Part shown: positions 1 to 12,825 of the stretch, piece after piece | Numbering within the stretch: the first letter of the stretch is position 1 | Layout: every line of letters starts with the position of its first letter | Assembly: GCA_051453625.1 (NCBI GenBank) | Contig: JBOZIK010000001.1 | Coordinates: 5,553,067-5,602,126, forward strand | Length of the DNA stretch: 49,060 nt | Origin: Welwitschia mirabilis | Taxonomy: Eukaryota | Reading direction: 5' to 3' | Position numbers and translations under genes: made by a program | The notes under the pieces: generated by a model | Databases searched by the model: none | Seen by the model: the letters and a program-made list of their open reading frames with translations, nothing else | What the model was told of the DNA's origin: nothing

Positions 1-734
1 AATGTTGTTTCTTTACTCTTACTTTATATTTAGATGTTGAAACTTGTTTACTACTTAGAGCCATATCGTTTTGTTTTACATTTATCTTTAAATGTCTCAT
101 ATTAAAAGTAAGAAAGTCTCTTACTATTTCCTCTAACTTTATGTTTTTTAATGAATTTTGTATTTTCAATAGTTAGAACCTTATTCTCATATGCTTTAGC
201 AAAGGGTCTTAACTTCTTTCTAGCTATTTTACTTCATGCTAATAAATTTTTTAAATCCTGTAAACCATTCACTATGTCCATTAATTTATTATTAAACTCC
301 ATTAAATTTCTTATTCACTTCTTCATTCATTTAAATTTGTTTAAATTAAGTTACTACATTTTTTTTTTTACTTTTTCGTAATTTTGTTTAACCTTTATAA
401 GTTACTTGTAAGTAATCCCACATCTCCTTAATAGTATAAAAGCTTTTAACCTTCTTAAATTCTTTTAGGTTAAGAGTATAACAAATTACGTCCATGGATT
501 TCTTATGGAGAATAACATCATCTTCATCTTTGATATCCCATATTTTTCTGTTATTAATAATCATTATGTTAATACCATCTAGGTTTTCATCTCTTTAGGT
601 AGTTTAAATCTATTTTTAACAATTGTTTAAGAGTAGAAACTCATGGATTCTATGAATATCTGCATTTTAGATTTACAAAATTCATAGTTGTATCTGCTAA
701 AAAATGGTGGATAGTTGATTACTCGATCTTTCAT
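1..734 (-). mobile_element. Decayed Ty1/copia (Sirevirus/Maximus-like) gag, running off the window start
   Basis: Minus strand from 734 reads MKDRVINYPPFFSRYNYEFCKSKMQIFIESM, then EMWDYLQVTYKG and KLMDIVNGLQDL...YENKVLTIE, with stops and frameshifts. This matches the copia gag PPxFDGxNYxxWKxRM start and UBN2-type motifs, and parallels the gag at 47893. Confidence 0.8.
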
Positions 735-800
735 TTTTTTTCCCTCATAAAGAAGCATAGAAAATACAAAAATATTTGGTTAACCTATTCTAATAATAAT

Positions 801-2132
801 TGTTAGGATTTTCTTTCCTAAAGAAGAGGGTTAAGTAGGAAATATATGATATTTTTTGCTACATTCTTAATCTTTTTAGATCTTATATATGATAATAGCA
901 TAAATACATAATCTAACTAATGAAAGCATAGTTCTATGATGATAACATATTCTTTAAGATAAATTTTTTCTAATGATATTATAATGATGACATAATTACA
1001 TATACAATATAATTTACAAGTTGAATCAAATTATAGTAACATCCACTAAATTACTTTAAGTACTAAAATGTATAAAGGATACTAGCAATTTGATTAAGAT
1101 ACAATAAAATTAAAAATATTCCTAGATCTACTAATTTTAATAAGTAAATTAATTAATTAAGCATGCATTCTAATATTGAAATTAACTAAATCATGAACCT
1201 ATAAAATTAAATTACGAGATAAAAGTGAGAAAACTATCTTATTTTCCTTTTATTATGAGTTCTTTAACTTCCACACTCCTTATGAATTTTTGGTATCCCT
1301 CCATTAGTACAATAAAATATTCTAGCTATTCTTGGCTTCAACATTTTCATAATGAAGAATCCAATCTCTAGTAATTATAATAAAGTACATAATCAAAATT
1401 AGAATGTAGAGAAAAATTGAAGATACCTGCAATAATTAGAGCTTAATATGACATACAATCAAGTGTCAAAATAAATCCATAAGCTTAGATGAGTATATTA
1501 TAAAATAATTAATGATATAAGTGATTAGGTGTTCTTATTTTGATGTTAAATCCTTTCCTATTTATTAAAAATACATTTTTAACTATTTGTGAGACTTACA
1601 TGTGAAGAATTAAATGTTTATCTGGAATCAAAATGATCAAGAGATCATTTAACATCTCTATAAATGATTTGAATAGAAAATTTAACTATTAATTAGTGTT
1701 TAATCCCTTGTGTTAAGATAATTAATTCCATAGGTTAGTGAGCTCTATTCTTAATTATTCAAACTTATTTGTAAGCTTCACCTTAATGCATAAGTGGTTG
1801 ACTTCTCAACAAGTTCATTTAATCATAGTGATGGATAGTCAATAGATTAGAATGATTAGTTGAATATAGCAAAATGGATTTTGATATATTATATAAGAAT
1901 GTAAATCCATATCCAAACTAATTAACCCTTTAATCCTTTTATTAATTTTTATTTTAACTCCTTTAGCTTTAGATTTGGGACTTTCTACTTTATTCTCTAG
2001 TTTATATATTTGAGTTCTCCTTGTTAATCTACAAAATAAGTACAATATTAGTTTGATGGATAAAATAATTTGGTTTATCATCAACAAATTATTAAAACAT
2101 ATAATAAAGATTATATTATAGGATTCATATCA
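801..2132 (-). mobile_element. 5' LTR of the minus-strand Sirevirus-like element (outer end approximate)
   Basis: A decayed reverse Met-PBS (ttctaataataat, cf. ctctgataccaat) abuts tgttagg at 801. It is followed by gaagagggttaagtagg (cf. Sirevirus agaggggggtgaatagg). The attaaaacat near 2095 resembles the reverse of the LTR-start motif atgttttgat. Confidence 0.55.
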
Positions 2133-4274
2133 ATTAGATAGATTTAAACTAAAAAAAAAAGATCTAGGTCTTGAAAAATAAGTTTTGAATATGACAATGC
2201 ATTATTTGAAGTTCCATATCTAGTAATACATGTTATTTTCTATATTTCTTAAATAAATTTATTAATTCAATGATAATAATATTTAAATATGAATTTGAGA
2301 AAAATCTCACACTTTTTAATGAAAAGGAAGAAGAAATTTCATCATAATATGTTGTATTCTATTAATTTAACAATTTACCTTTCTTTGTATGATAGGTTAT
2401 ATCTAATTAATTTATGAGGTTTTATATTTATAAATGTATCAAATTACATGTATCATGCCTTAAATTTAGGATCCTTGAATATATTATTTTAATATTTTAT
2501 ATTCTTCTTATCTTCAATCTTATAAACCTTAGTTGTGCATATACAACTCTTGATGTAAATAAAAGATAACATAAAATTTTCTTTACGATATTAAAGCATT
2601 CTACTCAAATGAGCTTATAATCATAACTATTGAAAAAAATCTTTCTTCTTTTATTTTCTTTAAAATCTTCATGGAATAATAATATTTCAATAATACCATT
2701 AATACTTTTATTACAATGAACTTAATACATAAAAACTAAAATAATATTGTTATCTCCATTAATGTATTGGATATGCTTAATAGTCTTAATTTCTATCCCT
2801 ATTTTTCTTCCCTTTAACTCCTTCATTTCCCTTATAAAGTGGTTGCTACAACCACTGTTATGCTTTCTTATCTTGGTTCCTATCCTTTTCTATTTTCCTT
2901 GTAATATAAGGATGATTTAAGCACCTTAATTCTCATGTAAATTTAAGAGATCTTCATTGAAAATAATTCTTCAAATTTAGGCCTATGGTTAGTGGGAGTT
3001 ATCCTTAATTCCAATAATTGGTATCAAAGCCAACCCATGCCTAGCAGGTTCCATCCAAAGCATAGTAGATACTGTTGAAAGGCTCCCCATGCCCCTTAGA
3101 TTATATGTTCTAAATACCTCAAACTATATCTTTGATAAGGCCTTATAAAGATGAAGGATGATATAACTTCCATGAATTCATTAATTTTTTGTGAAGTACA
3201 TTTTAATCCACTCATGATAGTTTCAATGATGTCTTCATGGATTTTTGAATTACCCTAATTTTCCAATCCATTCCTACATCATTCATATCAATTATGTTAG
3301 TAAGCTCTACATTTGAATCTTATTCCAGTTTCTTTATTTTAATTCCTTTAATTTAGGAATTGGTATTACCTCTAAAAAAATTGAGAAAGAAGACATGACA
3401 AGGGTTTTAAAAAAAATACCTAAAAAGATAAATCCATAGATGGATAGCAAGAGAAGAAAAATCCAAAGTAATAAAAAATATTTAAAGAGTATTAATCGAT
3501 TTTAGAAATAAATGTAATTATAAAGAAGAAAAGATTGAGAAAAAAAAAGGAAAAGAAAAGGAGGCGAAGATTAAAGATGATACAAACAATGCAAGAGATA
3601 CTTTAAAAGCAACTCATCCATGGGAAATCAAAAAAAAGCTTGATCTATAACAAGACTACATTTTTTAAAATGGGCTTACATTTTTCCAAAGAAGGGTTTT
3701 ATTTATTGATTGTATTAAGAACACAACTGTTATATAGATAATAGATTAAAAAGCTATAGAAGAGCAAATAACCCAAGAGATAAAGGTAAGAAGACTTTTA
3801 GAAATGATATTTATCATATATTAGTTGTCATTGGTTGAAATTCATTTATGTATTAAAATATAAAAGTGAATTCTTCTTTTTTTTTTAAGTTCATAAAAGA
3901 GGTTTTAAAACATATAATTCTTAGCCCTTGTAAACTTTGTAATAATAATATTATTTTAAGAGGGAGGATAGAAGGCTAGGAGATTAAGACATAGTTAACC
4001 ATCTAAGCCTACTAGGGGGTAACAAGAGTAAAATATTAATGGTGGGTTCTACTAAAATACTTAAATTATGTTAAGAGTAAATATTTAATTTAAAGGAGAA
4101 ATAAATTAATAAAAAAGAATAATCTATTAAATGGGTAAGATCATCAACTACCACCAAGTGAAGTAAGGAAGAAGAACAAAGTAGATAAAAAAATTTAATG
4201 GCAAGAATTTTCATGCATAAGAGGTCAAGAAGAAACTAGCACTTATAAATAAAGATGAATAATAAGTCATATAT

Positions 4275-4373
4275 AAAAAGCATCCTAAATCTAAAGATTC
4301 TACTAAACCTAAAGAATGAGAAGATGTAGATCAAAAAGCATCCTAAACCTAAAGATTCTACTAAACCTAAAGA
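4275..4373 (+). repeat. 41-bp direct duplication inside element A gag (4275-4315 and 4333-4373)
   Basis: aaaaagcatcctaaa[t/c]ctaaagattctactaaacctaaaga occurs twice with one mismatch. Confidence 0.95.
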
Positions 4374-4453
4374 TTGGATTAAACCTTGAAAATGATTATC
4401 TTCATTACATTAACTTAAGTAAAACTTTAAAAGAGGTTTATAATTATTTAAGC

Positions 4454-7081
4454 TATTGGTATTGAAAGCATGAATGGGTAAAAGATTAGAAGTTGAAATC
4501 AATCCATGGATCATCAATGATATTCAAGAAAATTAGATCATTATTTTTATTATTATTGAGAGGTTTGAATACCCTTACATTATACAAAAATAACAAAGGA
4601 TGGGATAGTATGAGAGAAACACAATGAAGTGATTTTAACAACTACTTATAATGAAAAAGGAAAATCCAACAAATACCCCCTTGATGATAAATCTAAGAAT
4701 TAGATTGTCATCATAATTAAAGTGCTCAAACATGCTCTTAGCATAGCAATCGATATAAATTTATTACATCAGTATGGACTGACCATTATAAGATGGACTA
4801 CCCATAATAATGTAGACTAACCATGACAATGTGGAATAACCATGAGAATATGAACTAACCATGATAACATGGACTAACCTTAATAATATGGACTAATCAT
4901 GATAATGTGAACTAATCAAAATAATACGTGGATTAACCATCACAAGGAACAAACCTAAGCAATTTTCATATAAAAACAATGTCATGAAAACTATTCTATA
5001 CCACTCCTTACAACATCATCTTTATATGAAATTGCAACATTTATTAGTTATGATAAGTCCACAACCTAGATTTCATTAATTAATCATCCTGCCTCATTTG
5101 TCTTAGTGGGAGTTAGTAAATTTATCCTAGAAAATAAATCCATAATTTAAAAACATTGCATAAAATCAGTTAACAACCAAAGGATTGGGACATACCTAGG
5201 GAATGATATACATGAACTTATTATAAGTATAGGAATAACCCAAATCAAGGTGCCTTAACATATAGAAAACCTATTACATAAAACATGTATGTCACAGATC
5301 TTACTTATCATCTTCCTTTAACTTTTGAAACTTTTCATTTTTATAGTCCTTGAAATCCTCATCATTAAAGTCTTCATTATAATCTTCATTGAATTATTCA
5401 TTAAGCTTGTCCATCTCTTCATCATCATCTAAATCTTTGTTTTCGTCATTGTCATAAAAGTCTTTGTCTTACTTATAGCTTTTCTTAGCCACTTAGCATA
5501 ATTTCTAACAAATTCATTTCAATGAGATATATTGATAAAGGAAAGTCTATAATTTAAAACAATGCTTCCGAAAGCTAGAGAGTGCTCATTGATGAAAGAA
5601 AGAGGGCCCTATAAGTAAAGAAATCATGAAGTCTATGTAAAATTTTTAGAAATAATAATGGAGCATCTCAAAAGAGGATTGAACATAGCTTTAGTTACCA
5701 TGATAGCTTTGCAACTTTAATGATCTAAAAATAATATCAATCATTTAACATTGAAAGAATCCTAACTCAACACTACCTCAAAGTCCCTTATTCTCTCCTA
5801 TAGAAAGGGGAGATTCTTTTATTTCAATGAGATATAAACATGATGTATCCTTTTCCAATGATGAATCATGCTTATGCATGAAAAAGTATTTGATGAATTG
5901 GACACACCTAATCAACCACCTTCAGTTTACAAGGGAGATCGATCCATGTGATATTATGATATCCTTCCTAGTGTGTACGTTGATGTTCCTATAACTACTA
6001 TGTTTTCCTCTAATCCATAAAATTATCATCTTTATTTAGCTTTTTATCATGTAATACTAGTAATGGCCCACTTGTAGTCCTCTTTTGATGAAGCATTTCC
6101 TAGCTTGTAATTTCTCATGATGTTGTGACAATTGGTACAATAAAAACCACTTAATTATTAATCCTATGATAAGTGCCCTTGTTATTTAAAAAATCATCTA
6201 CATCTTAGCTAGTTTGCTTTCCATTTTCAATTCTAATTCTTTAGTTTCTAAAAATGGATTGTTGGCCTATTACTTCTTCTTTGGAAACTATTAGAAAAAT
6301 CGTAAGAATAACATTAGCATTAAAGTTTTGTTTAATGCATTTGATGTAAGAAACATTTGGAGATCTTGGATTTGGAGTGTAAAAATCTTCAAATTCCCAT
6401 ATTGAGCCTTGAAATTCTTTAGATTCATTTTAATTACCTCACACATATCCTTGTTTGAATTGGAATGAAACTAATACTATTTTAATAAGCCATCAAAACC
6501 TTTAAATTTTAAAAGCATCTCAACTATAGGTGAAGAAAGTGCTAAATTAAAAAATTTTAGAATGTAGGAAGTGATATTACTAAGATCAAGTCTCAAGGAC
6601 CCATAGGCCATTGTTAGAGCCTCTTTTCTAATTTCTTGCTCCTTTTAATGAGATTTCAATTTAGATTTAGCTTTAGATTTACTTAGAAGTTTAAATGATA
6701 TTTGACATTGAAATTTTTTTGAATGACATGTGAAATTGGTCTACTATTTATTAAATCATTGAGTAAAACCATGTGCAAAATATCCTAAGCATTGATCCAT
6801 GATTAAGAAAGATAGTGTACATTACTATTTCTCTTGTTTATAGGAATTTTCTCTAATTCTAATTGATGGTATTGCAAGCATGAATGGGTAAAAGATCATA
6901 AGTTGAAATCAACCAATGGAGCATTAATGATATTTAATAAAATTATATTATTATTTTTATTATTATTGAGGCATTCAAATACCCTCATATTATGCAAAAA
7001 TAAGAAAGGATGAGATAGTGAGAGAAAGACACAATAAAGTTATTTTAACAGCCATTTAAAATGGGAAAGGAAAATCCAACA
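4454..7081 (-). mobile_element. Element B: 2.6-kb copia-type non-autonomous LTR element with perfect 5-bp TSD; LTRs 4454-4671 (3') and 6864-7081 (5')
   Basis: 218-bp direct repeats ending ccaaca, with TSD TAAGC at 4449-4453 and 7082-7086. The reverse PPT aatacccccttg follows 4671 and a decayed reverse PBS ctctaattctaat lies at 6851-6863. Weak zinc-knuckle-like (CTNCHN, ~6130) and protease-like remnants are present, with no RT motif seen. Confidence 0.92.
4774..4946. repeat. 19-bp minisatellite, ~9 copies, consensus RTGGACTAACCATGATAAT, in the 3' UTR of element B
   Basis: Head-to-tail units: atggactgaccattataag / atggactacccataataat / gtagactaaccatgacaat / gtggaataaccatgagaat / atgaactaaccatgataac / atggactaaccttaataat and further copies. 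Confidence 0.9.
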
Positions 7082-10000
7082 TAAGCATACTCTTTGGTTT
7101 GAAAGGTAATAAGATAAAGAAAAGTATTAGGAATTAACTATATAATTTACAACTCAAAATTTCAACTAACATAACATGGATTAAAACATCAATTACTTCA
7201 GTCTCTCTTAATATAAGTCATAGTAATAAATTCAAAGGTTGATGATGATGATGCTAAAGAAATTTTTCTCAAAAGTCTTCCTTCATAATATGATCATATT
7301 ATGTTACTTTAAAAAAGGTTCATGTATCACTCCAAGGAATAATATCCTCTTTCATTAATGAAAGGAATAAGTTAAACTATCAAGAATGTGATTCTAAAGC
7401 ATTAGTCATAATAAGAAAGCCTTTTAACAAATCAATATTTTAGAAGCCAAAAAGAAACAAGAAGGAAAAGTGATGAATTTTCTACTATTATGAGAATTAA
7501 AGACCAAGGATAGTATAAGGTAGAGTACTGGGTTAGGAATAGTGTATTGGTATCATACCAACATTTTGCATGTTGCCCTTGTATGGGGGTACTCTTTCAT
7601 GTCATAACTTACTTATCACCAACTGCACTTAATTTCTTTATAATAGCAAGAAATATGTTAGATGGAAAGTCAAAGGTATTAGTAGCATAAACAAGTTCTT
7701 CTACAAAGAATGATCTTCTAACAAAAGAAGAATAGACACTAATATTTTAATCTTATTTATGTAGTAAACTCATGCTGAGTCCTTTTATGTGCTAAACTTT
7801 ATTAGGTTCTATATGCATTTTTATGTGGTGAACTAAATTGAGTTCTATATGTGGTGATCTTTTTAAGTTCTTTGTGTTTCACTTAAAGAGTTTCTTATGT
7901 GGTCAATTCTATGTAAATTGCTATGCTATAGGTAATTCTAGTACTTTGAATGTGATGAAAATCTAATTCTTTAGATTTATCATAAATAGAAGGTTTGTTA
8001 GAAATTTTAAATAGTCTAAATTTATATCCCTATTTTTCTTTCTCTTAACTCTCTCATTCCCCTTATGAAGTAGTTTCTACAGCCACTTCCACACTTTCTT
8101 CTTCATCTTCCTATCCTTTTCTATTTTTCTTATAATATGAGGGACATTTAAACCCTTTAATTCTAATGCAAATTTAAGAGAGCTTAATTGATAATTATTC
8201 TTTAAATTTAAGCCTATGGTTAGTGGGACCTACCTTAATTCCAACATGCTATAGCCTTTCAATGTTCTCTAAAATTTACATCCATAAATTTTTCTTCATG
8301 GAGAGCCTAATTAAGTTCATGACTTTTTGGATATAATCTTAACGGTTACATTGATGGCATTAAGTCATGTCCAAACAAGATCATCTAAAAGGATTAAAAA
8401 ATTATTTTTATTTTAAGTGTACTCATTGGATTAGGTAAGATCAATTATTATTACATGTTATTATAGCATTAGTCTTATATTTCTTCATGATCCCTATTAC
8501 CTTATCCAAGTCCTGCCTTGAGGCATGGAATAAATTTAGATATATTTTTGTGAATTCTTCATAATCAAGTGTAATGTTCTTAAACGAAAAACATACCACA
8601 CAAAGTGAAAAATCAGTGGCTATGTATTTAAAAAGTATTAATGCTATAGCAAATGAATATATAATGATTGGTATCATAAGAATAATGATGATTTCTGGAT
8701 CTATTTTCTTATTGATATTGAATCATATTTCATAGAAATCATAGCTATAATAGAAGCTAGAAAAAATATCCTTAGTTAATAATATATAATCTATTATGAT
8801 GAAGAAAAGTAAACTTCTAAATCAATGAGATATAATCTATTATGGAAGAAGAGTACTAAGAATTAAGGAATCTTTTTTTCTATATAATCTTTTTAATACT
8901 ATCATACATTTCTTAGCCTCTAGAAACAACTTTAACCTTATTTTATTTAGCATCAATGCTTCATTTTTTGGTTGGGGGATGGGGGGGAGGATGGGATCAT
9001 GTATATTGTACTAACAGGATTCCCACTCCTTTACTATAATGTAATCATTTTTTAAGTCTTATTTAATAATAATAATAATAATATCAACTAAACAAATCTT
9101 AAGAAATTTGGTTACTTGTGTTATTCATCGCTATGGCCATATAGCCCCTATAATATTATTTCATAATTATAATTATGTGTGATTAGTAGATACATTTCAA
9201 AACAATGTACTTATCTCTAGTATGATCTTTCATCAATTAAAATATAGGCATCATAATATGTTATATTTAATGAATATTATTTCTCATATACGTTTGATAA
9301 TTCATATCTCTCTTGTGACTAGTGTTCTAATCATTATTAATGATCATTTTTTTCTCCCATAACTATTGCATTGTCTTAGTCATGTTATCAAGCCAATGTC
9401 GTAAATATAGCTTTTACGAAAACTATAATTGTCATAGCTAATGTACCTTATTTATCTAGATCCATGCCACTTAGTATAAGATTAGATAGTTCATTAAAAT
9501 AGTAATTTCTACTTTTTTTTTGTTTTTGTTTTTTTGATCTCCTTGCTCTTTATAATCTCATATTTCTCCCTTAACCATTCATCCAACTCTTGTGTTATTT
9601 ATCTCTACATCCCTACATAAGATGTGTCCACTTCCTCTCCTTCTCTGATTCCATTACCACCATCTATATGAACTCATTCCATGGTTACCTATTCTTAAAA
9701 TTAAACCTTTAAACTAAAAAAATTGTATGTAGTCATCAAACATCACATACTAAACTCTCTTAGAGACACCTAGATGTACTAGGATCTTATCATAATTCAT
9801 AGTAAAAAGATATCATCTCAAATGAATTTGATGTCTTCATACAAACTAGTATTTGGAAATTAGTTCCTTTCAACTCTAACCAAAACATTGTTAAATGCAA
9901 TTAGGCATTCTGAATAAAATAAAACCTAATGGTAGTTTAACCTTTATAAATCTTTCTTGTTGTTTATAAAGATTTATTAGTTTCTAAGGGATTTCGTCAA

Positions 10001-12082
10001 TGTCCATGACTTAATGATCATAATACTTTTATCTTGATTGTTAAGCCTAATACTATTTAAGTCGTGCTATGTCTCATGCTAGCTAAAAGATGATCCATTT
10101 AATAGTTGAATGTAAATAATGTATTCCTTTAAGACACTCTTTTAAAATAAGTTTGTATGATTCAATTACCTAGATTTTTTGATCCACAATTTATATTCAC
10201 AACTGCAAACTTCAGAAGATCATCTATAATCTCAAATAGGCACCTCAAAGATAATATCAATAGTTAAACTTCTTTCTACTATAGCATGGGTTTATCAACT
10301 CTAAATCTAATTCTTCTCTATTCATCTAGCCTTGCAATGGAATTATAATGTATTTCTTATTTTATGTTAATGATCTTATTATGATTGTTAATAATAAAAA
10401 AGTTCATTTTTGAGGTTTTTTTAATAATCCTTTGTTACAAATTTTCTCTCAAGGATTTTGTGGTCTTACTTATTTTTTGGAGGTGGAAGTTATTTCTATA
10501 GTAAATGGTCTCTTTTTATATTAACATGATTATATTCAAGATGTACTTGTACATGCAAATATGATTGATTCTAAAGCTATATCTACTCTTCACTCAAACC
10601 TTAAATTATTTTACTCTTAATAGTGGCTCTTCATTTTTTGATTCAATTAAGTTTTAAAATTTTGTTTTTTTTTTAATATTGTTCTTCACATGGCTAGACG
10701 TCCATTTGTAATAAACAAATTATGGTAATTCATACATCAACCTTTCTAGTTACATTAGGATAATATCAACAACATTCTCTGGTATTTAAAGAAAATTATT
10801 CATCATGGCCTATTCCTCCATCATAAGTTTTCTCTATTGTTAGATGCATATTTAGACATTAACTAGGTAAGTGTGTAATATGGATTATTACATCTTCATG
10901 TTTGCTTATCTAATCCACCTTAGTAATAACATTGTATAATGAAGTTCTTAGAAATAAAAGTTAGTTGTCATTTATCTTCTTAGCCACATTGTTAGGCTAT
11001 AGTGGCCACTAACCCAAAGATAGCCAAGGTTTAGTTACTCTTATAAAAACTTAGTATCACTTTTCCTCATGCACTACTAATGCATTTTGATAATGTCACT
11101 GCTACTTATTAAAGTGTAAATATAGTTTTTTAGTCTTGAATAAAGCACATTATAATAGATTATCACTTTATTTTTTATTGCGTTTCTAAGGCTTATTTTA
11201 TCTTTCTCACATTTCTATAATCAATTAGCCAGCACCTTCCCTCATTTGTTTTGTTAATGTATGTTGTTTTTGTATTTCAAGTTTGGTGTTTCTGATAGAA
11301 GATCCATCTTATGAAGGCATATTAGAGAAAAGGAAGGATAAACTTCATCATAACATATTGTATCCCATTAATTTAGACATTTTCCATTTATTAATCAATT
11401 GAATTACATGCCTCATGCCTTAAATTTATGATCTTTGAATATATTGTTCAAATATCTTATATTTCTACTAGCCCTAATCTTGTAAAGCTTAGTTATATAT
11501 GTATAGGTCTAAATGCAAATGAAAGATAACATGAAATTCTCTAAAATATTATTTAGCATTCATTTCTTTATTCTTCACTTAAAAATTTTGCTTGAAGTTG
11601 TAAAATTGATTATTAAAGACTAAAAACAATAGTATGCTAATTAATACTCATATTCTTGAAAATCTATTAAATTAGATGTAAACTAGACATTAATTAAGAG
11701 AATTACTAAGTTTACAATAATATATTTAGAGGATTCCCATGTTTGTATAAGAAATAGCCCAAAAAACCATTGACTATGTTGGTAACAAACAAAAAGGTAA
11801 AATATTAGAAGCCTATGTAATCATGGATGAGAAACAAAAATAAGAAACAATTATACTTTTATGAAAATGGTATACTGGACAAGTATAAAAGGCTCAAGTA
11901 GGTATGAAAACCCAAAAATTTTTAAAAAATTAACCTCACTTTTACTATTTTAAACCATTAAGGTTAGAAAATAAAATTTTAGAAGATCAAGGTCAATATG
12001 TGAGAATAGAACTTGATGAATTGGTATAAAGAAAAAAAAAGCTTGATAGATTGATACAATGAAAATAAAGTATTATTAAATG

Positions 12083-12084
<2 letters not shown>

Positions 12085-12121
<37 letters not shown>
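12085..12121. repeat. (TA)18 microsatellite
   Basis: Perfect TA run read directly. Confidence 0.97.
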
Positions 12122-12124
<3 letters not shown>

Positions 12125-12825
12125 TAATCATTTTTTTTACATCAAGTTTTTGGTCCTTTCAATTAACGTTTCCCTATTGTCTTTGTATAAAGTTTAGAAA
12201 ATAATATAATAAAATCTTCACATGATGCTCACAAGAATTTTTTTTTAATTTAAAGGACTCAAAAAGTTTGGAAAATTACTTTAATGTTCCATAATTAGAT
12301 TCTCACCATTAAAGTTACTTACCAAATTAAGAAACTAAACATCATTATTAAATTAAAGGCGCAGATGTAAAGAAATAAAACCAAGCTGAATAACAATGTC
12401 ATAATATATCTATTTCAATAATTTTTATACTTGCAACTATAAGGTATCTTTTATAAGAAAACTTCCTTATATGAAATTTCACGCCCCTTAGATCATAGAA
12501 AGTTAGATTTAGTTAATAATTTTAAATATATTTTTATTAGTCTCAAGTTTATCTTTAAAAATTTATATCCTAAGACTACGGTAATCCAATTAATGGTACA
12601 TTCATCTTCCACTTAGAAGGCTGTGGGTTCCAACATTTAGATGACCTGATACTCTAAGCCTTGAATATAATTAGATTATTTCTTTAAGTAATCACAATGA
12701 CTATAGTCTTAAAGAGAGATATGGTCATTAAAAGTTTTGAGTTCCACATCTACTGAAAACTATTTCCATTAAGGAGACAAACCATTTATCTTTATACATA
12801 CAATACAGTTTACTAAGTAACTTTC

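Larger units (their letters stand above)
2765..8246 (+). mobile_element. Element A: short copia-type LTR element with gag but no RT, inserted in the Ale-like gag; LTRs 2765-3016 and 7996-8246
   Basis: Direct repeats of ~252 bp (tattgg..ccaata / tgttag..ccaaca), PBS tggtatcaaagc at 3019-3030 and a purine tract atagaaggtt before the 3' LTR. Gag remnants are KKFNGKNFHA* (~4190), IGLNLENDYLHYINLSKTLKEVYNYLS|ILFG and KVDDDDAKEIFLKSLPS*YDHIM (~7235). No clean TSD. Confidence 0.85.
2314..11546 (+). mobile_element. Decayed copia element (Ale/RE1-like), outer host of a nest; LTRs ~2314-2586 and ~11320-11546
   Basis: The two LTR copies align (gaaaaggaag..ttcatcataa..catgccttaaattta..aaagataacat). A decayed PBS (gatattaaagc) lies at ~2587-2597. 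Gag resumes after 8246 (LKFTSINFSSWRA*L..LFGYNLNGYIDG..CP). RT motifs are NEFDVFIQTSIWKLVP (~9820), LNVNNVFL (10106), CKLQKIIYNLK*AP (~10204) and YVNDLI (10363); RNase H KHIIIDYHFI is at 11143. A decayed PPT precedes tattag at 11320. Confidence 0.8.

Noticed and set aside
3019..3030. tRNA gene at tggtatcaaagc (also 47829)
   Set aside because: It is only a 12-nt primer-binding site complementary to the tRNA-Met 3' end, with no cloverleaf.
4774..4946. Regular short repeat as a CRISPR array
   Set aside because: The units are contiguous and degenerate with no unique spacers, there are no cas genes, and the context is a plant retroelement UTR.
2760..8251. TSD for element A (likewise for 2314-11546 and 29177-35899)
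   Set aside because: The flanks taatg and tgcta do not match without assuming extra mutations, so no TSD is claimed.
11700..12070. Coding-looking purine-rich stretch upstream of the RING gene
   Set aside because: It has multiple stops and no assignable domain.
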